64,000 nt of DNA, from the NCBI GenBank assembly GCA_951406725.2, contig OX597819.1:52700001-52764000 (forward strand), read 5' to 3'. The translations under genes were made by a program, and so were the position numbers. Below the pieces are notes generated by a model. The model searched no databases, was not told the origin of the DNA, and was given only the letters and a program-made list of their open reading frames with translations. The DNA is from Octopus vulgaris (taxonomy: Eukaryota). Below, in pieces: positions 1 through 12,623 of this stretch. Within the stretch, counting starts at the first letter, position 1; each line of letters begins with the position of its first letter.

Positions 1-722
1 GCTGGGAATGGAGAGAAAGACAGGTGGACAGAATGGAAGCGACAGTCTGAAAAAGAATGTGAATAGGTGAAAGACAACAATAGGTGCAACCGAACAGAGC
101 AATATTGAAATTATGCATACACCCGAACACACACGCACACATATAAAATCATGTGATAATAAGATAAAATACAAATTAACGGTGTGAATGGTCAATGAAA
201 ACAAACTAATACACTAATACCCACAACTGTAATACTAACAAAAACCAAAAAAAAAAAAAACATAAAATAGACAAATTGGATTCAATTTTTATTAGATTCG
301 TATTTAAAAAAGAAACAAAAAGAAGAAAAAGAAATTCAGACACATGAAAAACAAATAGCAAATTAAAAGCAAACACAAATATACAAATACATAAAAATTC
401 AATAGGATGAAATAAATGGAAGAAAAAAGAAAAAAAAACTTGAAAAATCCGACACTGAAACAAGCACTAAACTAACAGAAATCTGTAAATAGTTCCAGCA
501 TAAACTGTGATGCAACAAGGGTGTCTTGTTCCTGGAGCTGGTTTTTGTAAGCCAGTCAAATATTAGATTATTCCAGCATAAAACAGTCAGCTCAATAGCC
601 ATTTATCAAAGACCAAACAGAGTGGCGGAGATAATTAAAAGACCTCAGAACACCAGTGGCGGGCCAGCTTTAGCATCATTTAGGTAAACAATAAAGTGTT
701 TACAGTAAACATTGACAAAATG

Positions 723-725
<3 letters not shown>

Positions 726-768
<43 letters not shown>
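726..768. repeat. (GA)n microsatellite, representative of dozens of TA/CA/GA/ATT/ATC tracts in the window
   Basis: Perfect GA run, directly visible. Confidence 0.95.
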
Positions 769-770
<2 letters not shown>

Positions 771-1519
771 GGTGGTGAATGGAGAAAAACACACATATCA
801 TGATGTTAGTCTGGAGAGGGTGGAGAGAGAGAGAGAGAACAAGTAAAAGTGAGAGACAATTAATGAAAGAGAAAGACATAGAAAGAATCAGTAAAAGTAT
901 GTGTGTGTGTGTGAAAGAAAGGGAGAGGGTGAGCAATTAATGAAAGGGAAAGCATGAGAAATGAAAATAAAGAGGGTGAGTAAGAAAGACAATGAAGAAG
1001 AGGATGAGAATAACAGAGAAGAAAGCCTAGATCAAAAAGAAAGGGTTAGGGACAGACAAACAGACAAAAGAAGAGGGAGGGAGGGAGGAGTGATTGAGAT
1101 AAAGAGAGGAAAAGTGAGGGAAAGAAAGAAAAACAGATAGATAGCCAAACAGAAAGAAGAAAAAAAAAAGATAGAAAACAAGAATGTGGACAAAGAAAGA
1201 GGTAGGGAGAGAGAGAGAGAGATAGTGAGAATGTCAAAGACAGAAGAGGCAAAGCAAACATTTGAGATGGAGTGAGAAGATGTGAGTGGGGAAGAGAGCT
1301 ATTATTGAGTTCAGAAAAAAAAAGAAAAAAAAATTGAAAACAGGAAAAAAAAAAAAAAGACAAAAAAGAAAAATCAAAATCAAAATCAAAATGAAGGTAA
1401 AAATAAACAAATAACTGAACTAGTATGTTGAACTGCAACAGACTGGAATCATTAACCAATATTATTCCATTATTCAAAAAGTCAATCAGTAAAGTATTTG
1501 ATAAACCGCCAAGAACAAA

Positions 1520-1800
1520 CATCAACCATTGCTCCAACAAATATAACACACACACACACACACACAAGATAAACATAAGGACCGAAAACACCGCATACAT
1601 AGTCATCAAATATCACGTACACACGCATACGCAAAAGACAAACAGAAGGACCAAACACCGCAGACACCTACACAAGACAAAGACCACACACATATATAAA
1701 CACTAAACAACCACAAGGACCAACCAAACAATACACACACACACACAGAAAACAAATATGACACACATACACACACAAGGCAAACAGAAGCACCAAACGC
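1520..1800. repeat. Degenerate C/A-rich minisatellite
   Basis: Recurring unit resembling ACACAAGACAAACAGAAGGACCAAACACC, about 4-5 imperfect copies. Confidence 0.65.
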
Positions 1801-2173
1801 ATTCCTCATGTAATGTCAACAGTCTGTGAACTCGCACAAGGCAAACAAATAAGCTAGCAAGCGATCAATGGTAGGAATATTTCATATTAGATATCGGAGA
1901 GAATAGAAGGCAGTGTGGTGGCGTGGGTAACATCATCATAGTTTTATGGCATGGGAGTCCCGAATGTTTGTATTATCGTGGCTATTGCACATATTCTCTT
2001 TAGGCAAATTATTGTTTAACTCAACACACTGAGAAAGGAAGTTTATTCATGTGTCTCTGTGTGTGTGTATGTATGTATATATATATATATATATATATAG
2101 ACACATATATCTGAATGTATGTATGTGTCTATATATATAGAGAGAGAGAGACAGATATATCTGAATCTATGTA

Positions 2174-2214
<41 letters not shown>

Positions 2215-2521
2215 AGAGAGGGAAAAAAGATAGAACAAGTAGGTACAGCATATCATTATTCTATTGTTTACTTTTTATGTCAGAGACTTCAGACTAGGCA
2301 GTGAAAATTCACTGAATTACATGCCATTTTCCAGTAGGCTCCACACATACCACTACCACCTAGTCATTCTTTTCTGTATCTGATTTAATATGATATAAAC
2401 AGTAACAAAGTAAAGGTTCGGAGACTTATCCAAGGGGTATATACAGCATTGTACCACTTAGGGAAAATGCTGATGGACCTGTCGATCCAGAGGCCTACAA
2501 CTTATTTCCAGAGTTATTTCG

Positions 2522-2790
2522 CCCTTTTGATACCAACCCACCTGAGACAGCTCTTGGTTCTTTGACATAAAATTCTTAGTTAAAATAATCTAAATTAAAA
2601 CCTTCCTATAAAAATTCATGTAAATTTTATGCTTCAAACACCTGCTTAATTATGACAGAGTTATTTCACTAAATTCTTGATAAATTTTATTAAATTTGCA
2701 GCAAATACTTCATAATTTGAAAAATTAATTGAAATAATTGAAAAAATTAACAGAAATAATTTCAAGAGAGATATATAGAAAAGAAAGGGT
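2522..2790 (+). mobile_element. TTAA-type (piggyBac-like) MITE family A, degenerate copy
   Basis: Starts CCCTTTTGATACCAACC and follows the sequence of the intact copy at 30192-30414. Confidence 0.7.
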
Positions 2791-3269
2791 TCGATGGTTG
2801 CTCATACGCACTTCTTTAGTCCTATTTAGGACATGTAAGTGCAACACACAGTAAAGGTCACTGAGTGATGAGTTAAAATGCTAGCATGGATGGCATGTAA
2901 TATCTATTCACTTCAATATATTTAGCAGCAAAGTTAGGGTGGAAGGAATTTTCGAGTGCATGCGTGCCTGCATGCATGTGTGTGTGTGATCTTTACATCA
3001 CATGAAGGTTGTAAACAAGTAGCACCTTTATCCAGGTGATGTCAATTCATTTCCAATTAACCCATGTAGACACATCTTAGCAGTTCGGTAAAAGGGACCA
3101 ATAGAGTAAGTACTAGGCTTACAAAGAATAAGTCCTGGGTTGATTTGCTTGACTAAAGGCAGTGCTCCAGCATGGCCGCAGTCAAAGGACTGAAACAAGT
3201 AAAAGAGTATATCTGGCTATGGGGAAATACTACTTTGTTTGGAAACAAAGTTCCTGCAAAAATTGCGCT

Positions 3270-4180
3270 ATGTCTGATGACGAACAACATAAAAATCAAG
3301 TCACAGTCAGTTAGCAGTAGTCTGATTATTCAAATACTGATGAAAACTTTATGAAAAGAGGCATAGTAGGTGACAAGTGGGTGAATGGCTATGATGTTGA
3401 AACACATTACACACACACACACACACAAAATGCATACCAGAGTCACTCAAATATGAAGGTAATGTTGACAGAATTTCTTGATAGGAAGAATGTCATTACT
3501 TATGAGTTTGTTCTACAGTAGTGAAATCATCATCATCATCATCATCATTTAATGTCTAATATCTGTTTCCCATGCTGGTATGAGTTGGATGGCTTGACAA
3601 GAGCTGGCAAGGCCAAGAGCCACACCTGGTTCCATAGTCTGTTTGGTTTGGTTTCTACAGCTGGATGCCCTTCCTAACACCAACCACTTTACAGAGTGTA
3701 CTCAGTGCTTTTTAAGAGGTACCAGCACCAGTGCTTTTTGACCAATAAAAAGATCTTACATTTTATTTGGATGTCCACGGGCATTTAAAAGAGGCAGTGT
3801 GAAACATGGACATATCAGACAAAACCTAAATGCTGCATCAGAACAATTTACCTACTCATACATCATTCCTTATCTATGACTTTTTTGAACAAAACCTGAA
3901 ACTTAGTCCCCTATCTTCTCCCTTTTTCCCCAAATTTGGCCTCTGTGAGCACATTTTGTTTCCAAAGTTGAAATTGAAATCCTCCACCCTGAAATGTTTC
4001 TGATTTCAGACAATAGAAGAGAATACATAATATTTACTATGAGGGCAGTACACTATTCCTGGAAATGCATTCCAAGACTGCAAGAAAATGTTGGGAGCAG
4101 TTATATCAATAGTAAAAGGAATTACTTTCAAGGAGATATGTCTGATTAAATTGTAAGTAAAGCAATAAATGGTTTTTCTT
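3270..4180 (+). mobile_element. Decayed mariner transposase remnant interrupted by a SINE
   Basis: Frameshifted motifs resembling WVYGYDVET (~3378), LHHDNAPAHT (~3832), SPDLAPCDFFLFPKLK (~3925) and GDYFEGD (~4120). Confidence 0.7.
3527..3740 (-). mobile_element. SINE/retroposon 3' part with GGAAGGGCATCCAG motif and (ATG)n tail
   Basis: Reverse complement of the family seen at 12407-12623 and 60066-60280. Confidence 0.75.
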
Positions 4181-5686
4181 TCTTTTTTTTTTATTAAGTT
4201 TGGTTTCTTTATGGAGATATCTTGTATATATCTGTTATATTTTAGAATGTTTGCTCTCCAACACAATGAGTTTTTATTGAGGAACAGGGAATGAGTAAAT
4301 CATTTTTATCAAATTTAGAATATTACATAAACAACTGGCATTTTTTTCTTCAAAATGAAATTATCATGTTTCTCCTTTATATATTAATGTTGGAGTTGGA
4401 ATATATATGAAATAAGTATAAAAAAAAGCAACCAACGACGACAACAATCAAAGCATAAAGTTGGACATTACAAAGTCCATTCATCAATCACATTGTATAC
4501 ACTTCAAATAGTGACATATGTTTACATAGACCTGATCTAAATATATTTGGGAAATGTCCTGTTATAAAACAATATTACAGACAAGTCACACATATTAGAT
4601 TACACAGAAACATACCTATTGTTCACTCCTCATGAATATATCAGAATAAGTTGAATGAATAATAGGTACGGAGGTGGTTTATATTCTTTATATGGTGGGT
4701 ACTGAGTTCTATGCACTTATTCCAGTTGGCTACAGGCTTTCATTCTTCAATAGTGGAAATGAGCTAATATATGCATATTAACTGTACATGCAGGTTGTAC
4801 TGTAATTCATATGCAAATATTAAAATTTCTAGTCCTAATAAATCTGGCCTTCACACTACAGTCAGTGTAGTCTTGTTATTGCATACAATATAGTGCCAAT
4901 ACTGCAATCGGTATAGTGGTGCTGTTGCAGTCAATACGGTGTCACTAATACAGTCAAAGGGTCTCGGGTCTCAGTCAGTAAATGCTGACCACGCATCCTC
5001 ACACATATGTACAGAGATGGGCAGTTTTTTTTTTCCTTTCTTGAAGAAGATAAGGAGTTGTTCATACATACAAATTTATCATTGATATTTATCCATGGGA
5101 AAAGCGACTGGCTTAGGCCAACGTTACTTGGTATCAGAGGCATCACAGACATTGTTGTCAGAATTCAAAGAACTAGAACAGATATGGTAAGGCATCTTGC
5201 CCAGTCCTCTGAGTGCTCTCTCTCTCAATCTATCCCCATAAATTAGAATATTTTTTTTAATGAGGACAAAGAGTGAAGTTGATCTCAATAGGATTTGAAC
5301 TCAGCTCAGAGAATTGAGATAAATACCATGAATCATTTTATCCAGCACTCTAACAATTCAGTCAATATGCTATCACTACAGTCAATATGGTGTCAAAATT
5401 TACACCATTTATATACAATGGGATTCCACAATTTCCATTTACCAAAATCACTCGACCTGGGCTATAGTAGAAGACGCCTGCCCAAGACACCACACAATGG
5501 GTCTGAACTCAAAACCATATGGTTGCTTCTTAACCACACTGTTACAAAATGTAGTAAGATTTTAAAACGTTGCATGCCCTGTCATACGGCACAACATATA
5601 GTGAATGACAGCATGTGAAAGAATGTAGTGTAATCCCCAAATAAATAAAAAGCAATAATAAATTTAGAGTAATGAACCATCAACTA

Positions 5687-5866
5687 CAGTAATCCCCTGA
5701 CTATTGTGGGTGTTATGTTCCAAAACCACCCCACGATAGATGAAAATCCACTAAGTAGAAACAGTACTGTACTGTATTATTTTTTACACCATAATTTGTA
5801 TACATTTATTTTATTATAAATGCAAAACAACACCATGGTGAACCATGATATGGCGAGGGATTACTG
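5687..5866. mobile_element. Tc1/pogo-type MITE
   Basis: TIRs CAGTAATCCC...GGGATTACTG flanked by TA on both sides. Confidence 0.85.
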
Positions 5867-5949
5867 TACACCAAATCATTCAACAGACAACTGATCTACT
5901 TGCTACAGATCAACTCATCTGCCACCAAGCAGGTCAACAGACACACAAA

Positions 5950-6260
5950 TCTATATACTACTAAAAGTTTGATTGCTTGCTTGTATCTATCTATCATGCA
6001 TTGTGCTTATTTGTATCTATCTATCAATAACTATCTATAACTACTGAAACTCTGTGATTGCTTGCTTACATGCTTGCATGCTTGTATCTATATCTATATA
6101 TATATTCTACTAAAACTTTGCTTGCTTGCATTGTGCTTGCTTGCATGCTTGCTTGTGTGTGTGTGTGCTTATATCTATCTATATACTACTAAAACTCTGA
6201 TCGCTTGCTTGCATGCATGCATGTGTCTATCTATCTATATATATACTACCAAAACTTTTT
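5950..6260 (+). repeat. Tandem array of about 5 units starting TCTATATACTACTAAAA followed by (TTGC)n
   Basis: Unit heads visible at ~5950, 6034, 6100, 6178 and 6235. Confidence 0.7.
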
Positions 6261-6826
6261 AGCACCCCACTCATATACATAATTAAACAGTCTTCAATAT
6301 TGAGTAAATATTATCAGTAAATGTTCATTGCTTTAACACTATACCTTTTAAATGTATATTTTAGCTACCAGATATGCAACTGTCAAATTATGCCTAAAAC
6401 AATCTAACTGCAGCAACAAAGTGGCATAGACTCAAGATTGAACCAAGTGTAATATATACCCTGCAACACTGACATACATCCAAGGACTGACATGGCTACT
6501 TGTAGTCATTTTTCCTGTTTGGCCCCATGTCAGTCTCAAATGAATGGATTTATGATCAAAAGGTCTCCCATCTGTAATCACTCTGAGTTTTTGTATATCT
6601 AGAGTTATTTGTATATCTAGAGTTTTTGTATATCTAGAGTTAGGGTATTATTTGAGGGAAATTTGACTGCTATTTCTAGAATGTAGACACTTCTTAATTG
6701 CTCATCTCTCTCTTTGAAGGAGCTGAGCAGGGACAACCAACACTGAAGATGATGAAAGAGACCTTTTCAAGCTAAAACTATGTAGTCATCAAGAAGCTTC
6801 ATATGACATAAACGAGAAAGTGTGTA

Positions 6827-6877
<51 letters not shown>

Positions 6878-7254
6878 ATGGGAGTGGGAGTGAGTGAGAG
6901 ATAGGGAGAGACAGAGAGAGTGAAAGAGAGAGAGAAAGAGTGAGTGAGTGAATGAGAGGGAGAGATTTTTTTTCCCCAATGCAAGCTGAACTTTTATTGA
7001 AGAAAAATTTATCAAACACCCAAAATTGAAAAAAAAAAAATTTTATAAATAATGAAAAAATAAGAAAAATAATGAACAGAAGCTGAGCTTGAAATATGAA
7101 TTTCTATAATAAAAATGAATTTGTAATTCTTTTTGATTTCTATTTTGCTTTCCTCATTTCTTTTCTTTGCTTTTATTTTATTTATTTTTGTCTTGTTCTT
7201 TCTTTTGAAGAAGATAAATAAACAAATAAATAAATATTGAATAAAAAAAAAAGA

Positions 7255-7285
<31 letters not shown>

Positions 7286-7454
7286 AAAAATATTTCATAA
7301 CATATATCGAGTTCAGCTAATAAACAAAGCAAATCCAGAGGGATGTTTTAGCAATCAAACATCAAAACATTTCAACTGCTACAGTTTCTTATTTATACAG
7401 AAAGCTCTTTAAAGCAGTGAAAAAGCAGCCATTAATTTAGATGAGAGGGAGAAT

Positions 7455-7496
<42 letters not shown>

Positions 7497-8158
7497 GGGG
7501 GGGGAAAAAAGTTAAAGAAAGAAAGAAAGAAAGATAGGGAAAAAGAAGTTAAAGAAAGAAAGCGTGACAAAAGGGAAGAAATAAAGGAAAACCACAGAAA
7601 AACTTAAACAGAAACAGGAATTGATGCATTAAAATGTGGAGTAATTAATACTGAACTGTTCAAGAGTAGAAATTATTGCAGATTTAATGCAACTGAAAAG
7701 CATGAACTGTTAGAAAAATATGGAACAACAAAAAGCCAAAAGAACACATAATCTGCCAAGGAATGAAATTTAATTTTACTTTTTTTTTTTTTTTTTTTTT
7801 TTTTAGTTTTAAATTCAAAATTTTTGAGCTATATTCTTCTGCTATTTCTTGTTTATAATTTGAAAGTATTTGAATGGAAGAAAGAAAAATTCGTTTTTTG
7901 CTTGTTTGGTTTTTTTTTTTGTTTTTGATTTTTTTTTTTTTTTCCTCTTTCTGGAAAAAAAGAAATGGAATAATAAAAAAGTTAATAAGAAAGTATTCAA
8001 AGCAAGGGAGCTTGCAGAGAAGAGCAGTTTGTTTCTTTGCGCTGGTTGTCACTATCTCTAAAACCAGTAAGTTTTAGTATTCTGAACTTAACTCAAACAA
8101 CTGGATACTGCCAGAAATGTGAAAAATAAACAAAGAGACAGAGAACCAGAAAGACTTA

Positions 8159-8356
8159 CATTGGTTTCAAACTTTGGCACAAGGCCTGTAATTTCAGGGT
8201 GGGGGTAAGTTGATTGCATCAACCCCAGTGATTAACTGGTACTTATTTGAAAGGCAGTAGACCTTGACAGAATTTGAACTCAGAACATAAAGGACAGACG
8301 ACATGCCGCTAAGCATTTTACCTGACATGGTAACAATTCTGCCAGCTAACTACCTT
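8159..8356 (-). mobile_element. tRNA-derived SINE with Nin/Deu-like domain
   Basis: Homologous to 52763-53160. Direct repeat AGAAAGACTTA at 8148-8158 and 8357-8367 acts as TSD. Confidence 0.85.
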
Positions 8357-8911
8357 AGAAAGACTTATAGAGAATCGGTTTCTCAAAATCAATCTATATT
8401 TTTACGTTTATATATTTTGGTTTCATTATTGTCGGGGTGGTTTAAGTAGGTTTTCACTCACAAGATCTATGATTCAAAGATATTCCTGCCATAGCTACCC
8501 TGTATTTTTGTATATCTAGGACTATACTGTATAAGGTGTTCTTCCCATTTTAAGAATGCCGGATGTGTTTTGAAGGAAGCTGGCAGCTATTACTAGCAAG
8601 GTGAGTATTTCCCAAACTTCTTTAACTATCACCTCTTTTCTTTTTCTATTATTCTTTCAATACACCCATACCATGCTATAATTCAACAGCACCATTCAAT
8701 TTTAACATACATCCCTGACTGTCTTACAAGCAGTGTCATTCATTTCTAATATTCTGCATAAACATTTCTAGCTATGGGGTAATATTATCTTGCTTGGGGG
8801 CAGGTGTGGGTTCGCAAAAGAATGGTCATCCAGACATAGGAAATCTGCCCCAATGAACTCTGTTCAAACCACACAAGCATGGAAAAGTGAAGGTTAGTAT
8901 GATGATACATA

Positions 8912-9340
8912 CGGGGGGGGGGGATTAAGACTCATCAAGACCCTAAGAACTTAAAGGATCTTGGTGCCCCCATAAAAGATCATGTAATTCAAAATATAAA
9001 CAATAACAAACCATAAAATAAATTTCTATTTTTCCAAACGAAACAAAACAGTAAGAAGGAAAATAATGTTTATTTGTGTATACTTCCACTTTGTCTATAT
9101 TTGAAAAGTTTCCTCCTACTTTTTTGAATTGCAAAGTCTTTGATCAGATCCTCAAAATTAATCTTAGGTAACACATCTGCATCAATACTTAGTAGAGATA
9201 AAGGCATTCTGAATATTATTTTAGCAAGTTTAAAGTGATTTCTTTTGTGTCTTAAGCTATTTACTGTTTCTGTGGTGCCCCCTACTTCCCTTGAGGCCCT
9301 AAGCACATTCTTATTTTGCTTAATGGTTATTCCAGCACTG
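8912..9340 (-). mobile_element. Non-autonomous hAT element retaining the C-terminal dimerisation-domain tail
   Basis: Minus-strand peptide LSLLSIDADVLPKINFEDLIKDFAIQKSRRKLF is typical of hAT/ZMYM1-like C-termini. Ends resemble CAG(T/G)GCCGGATTAA TIRs. Confidence 0.75.
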
Positions 9341-9795
9341 CATATAAAATCTGAACAGAGTAATTTAGTTTGGGATATTAGCTTGATGCAAGTAACAACT
9401 GACCACATCATCACCTTACTCCAAGTGCATCGCAACTTGAGCTTAGTTATTGACCATCCCTTCAGCACACAGCTTTGGCCAAACAATTATGTATACTTTG
9501 GGCCCCCATTGCTAACAGTTAAAATTCATCATTATATTGTCTTGCAAGTTACTTGGTGATCCTGCAAATCCTGGTGCCACATAAAAAGCATTCAATCAAC
9601 ACCATAAAGTGATTGGCATTTGGAAGGACATCCAGTCGTAAAAACCAAACCCAAACAAAACAGACACAGAAGTCTGGTACAGTCTTCTGCCTGGCCAACC
9701 CATGCCAGCATGGAAAGCAGATGTTAAACGATGATGAATGGAACTATAATCAATAATTTGCTAATCTATAGATTTGACAATACCATTATACATAC

Positions 9796-9852
<57 letters not shown>

Positions 9853-9857
<5 letters not shown>

Positions 9858-10228
9858 ATATAAACGGCAGTTTGTCTGTGCGTGTTTCTGTGTGTCTGTT
9901 TGCTTGTACCCTCACCCTGACCACGGCTTTCAACCAATTCTGATGAAACTTGACACACACATAGCCCAATGTCATAATTCAAAACTAACACAGCGAAAAT
10001 TTTGAAAAGTTCCCCGTTCTGAAAAAAATCGATAAATTCGACATGGGGTCGAGAATCAGAAACACAAACCGCAAACTGTCTAGGGGACGCAACTCCACCT
10101 TTTTTAACTAAAAAAAAATTTACCATCATTTTTTTCCATTTTTTTGTTATTTTTTGGCTATAACTCTCTAAAAATGCTTTATAGTTATTTCCCTTACAAA
10201 CCTGAGCAACGCCGGGCGATACTGCTAG
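9853..10228 (+). mobile_element. Non-autonomous Helitron
   Basis: 5' TC, 3' CTAG, subterminal GC hairpin (CCTGAGCAACGCCGGG), inserted between A and T inside a (TA)n tract. Confidence 0.85.
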
Positions 10229-10246
10229 TATATATATATATATATA

Positions 10247-10450
10247 CAGGGTGGCTTTAAAGTAGATTTATAATTATCACATAGGTACTTTAAATTTCTT
10301 TTAAAACATTTTATTACATTTAAATTTCTATCTTACAATTAACTAAATTAGCATACAATAAGGGCATCATATTTTTTTTATAATTAAGATCTAAATTTGA
10401 ATGCGAAAGAGATGGTTGGATAACTGTAAACCTACTTTTAGGCCACCCTG
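10247..10450. mobile_element. Tc1/mariner-type MITE
   Basis: TIRs CAGGGTGGC..AAAGTAG / CTACTTT..GCCACCCTG with TA flanks. Confidence 0.85.
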
Positions 10451-10461
10451 TATATATATTA

Positions 10462-10529
<68 letters not shown>

Positions 10530-11429
10530 CAAATCTATAGATTAGCACACCATTGCTAATAGTTTCATGTGAGTCAGCAATTCAGAAAATTTTCAAGTGA
10601 TACAAGCCTAGCACCTTGCAAAAAAACTACATATAACTTTGTACTGGTAGTACTCACTGAAAACCTCTAAATGACAGAAATGATATGGCAACAGCTAAAA
10701 TGTGTTGAGGTGTTTGGTTACAACAGTGTAGATTCTGAGTTCAAATTCTACCAAAGATCAACTTCACTCTTTCATTGTTTCTGAGTCAATAAATACATAT
10801 CAATTAATAGGAGTAAATTAACCTGACTGTAACACCCTATGCAAATTAAATAAATTAATAACCATGTGCCGTTCTTCTTATTTATTATAATCATGGTGGA
10901 TTCAGAGAATTGTTAGAGCAATGGACAAAATGTTTTGTGGCATTTTTGTTGCATAGTTTTATGTTCTGAGCTCAAACTCTGCCAAGGTTAACAGTTTAAC
11001 CTTTCAACTCTTTGGAATCAATAAAGTACCAGTGATGTATTGGGTGACAGATGTGGCATAATTAACTGGACCTATTCTCAAATATGTGACCTTGAGCCTA
11101 CATAAATCATTTGTAATATTTGTTTTCTTTTCAAACAAGAGCCTTTCTATGAGAGAAAGAGAGGGGGGAGAGGGAGGGAGAGAGAGAGAGAGAGAGAGAG
11201 GGGTGGCTGCTGGGTGAGAACCATGCTTTTTTCTTTTTTAAATTACCTTGTTTTTTTATTTGGGGTGGGCAAAGTTGAGTTGTAATTTCTTGCCTTTTCT
11301 TAACAAGCTAATAATGGCTCTTCAGTTCACTGGGTCTTAAATTGCTTTGTTTAATTGACTATGTAGTTACCACTGTGATTAAAGTTGTTCTGTGTTTGTT
11401 TTGCTCCAGTATGTAGTGTAGGAGAATAC

Positions 11430-11467
<38 letters not shown>

Positions 11468-11754
11468 TAGTGTTATTTATTGTTAGTGTTACAGGGCGGA
11501 GATTGTTACCAACAACAGTAATAAATGTTAGTAATTCCCTTACAATAATTATGATAATTTCTCCTGATTACTGAAGTGTTATGATGTGGGGGGAGAATTA
11601 GATTAATTGGTTATATATTCCTGACAGAACAGTTTTATATTTCTAAAAGCATTCACTAAATAAATATCCAAGCTGTAAAAAAAATTCACACATACAAACA
11701 TGTGTAAAATAAAATAAATCATCATTATTTTTATTATTGTCTACACATATCCAA

Positions 11755-11795
<41 letters not shown>

Positions 11796-12406
11796 TGGAA
11801 TCAAGGAAGGGCAACTATCTGACAGGTGATACTGCTGTGGAGAATACTCAATTTGTTTAAATATTTGCAAGAATAATGTAAGCAAGAAAGAAGTAATTCC
11901 AGAGGTGCCATTCTGGAATTTGGCAGAATTTATAGGATGGTTTATCTTCCTCTTATTCATCTTTTTAGTTTATAGATTTTTAAAGTCTCTAGGACAAAGT
12001 TTACCTTCCTCTTATCATCTCTCTTGTGTTTTACATGGAAACAAAAATACATGAGGGATGATGAGAGGAGGGGAGAATGTATTATGTGATCCTAAGCAGG
12101 AAGTATAACAAAGAGAAAAACAGTCTGGTGAGAAAAAAGAGTTAGTGTAAAAAGGCAGAAGTAATTGTAGCAGACATAGCAGTGATGTGTTTGTGAAAAA
12201 GAAGACTGAAACATGCCGTTTACCAATCAGACAAATGGTCTTCTTTTAGAAAGTGAGTTGGCAGAATCATTACAACATTGAAATGCTTTGTGGTATTTGT
12301 TCTGACTGTCTACACATTGAGTTCAAATCCTGACCAGTTTCATTTTGCCTTTCATTCTTTCAGAGTGAATAAAAAAAAAATTTTTAAATGTGTAAAAAAA
12401 TTCAAG

Positions 12407-12623
12407 TGAGGTCATTGCCAGTACCGCCTGACTGGCCCCCCTGCAGGTGACATGTAAAAAGCACCCAATACACTCCCGGAGTGGTTGGCGTTAGGAAGGG
12501 CATCCAGCAGTAGAAACCCTGCGAGATCAAGACTGGAGCCTGGTGCAGCCATCTGGTTGCCAGTCCTCAGTCAAAATCGTACAAACCCATGCTAGCATTG
12601 AAAACGGACATTAAATGATGATG
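12407..12623 (+). mobile_element. SINE/retroposon 3' part with GGAAGGGCATCCAG motif and (ATG)n tail
   Basis: Well-preserved copy. Further copies near 8800, 9600, 20800-21000, 30800, 42900, 58150, 60066 and 63600. Confidence 0.8.

Noticed and set aside
1908-2000. miR-34-like GGCAGTGTGGT and miR-92-like TATTGCAC strings
   Set aside because: Only the seed regions match, the 3' halves diverge, and the hairpins are too short.
11893-11922. AATTCCAGA/TCTGGAATT palindrome
   Set aside because: Isolated 9-bp stem without ribozyme core or extended pairing, probably part of an old repeat.
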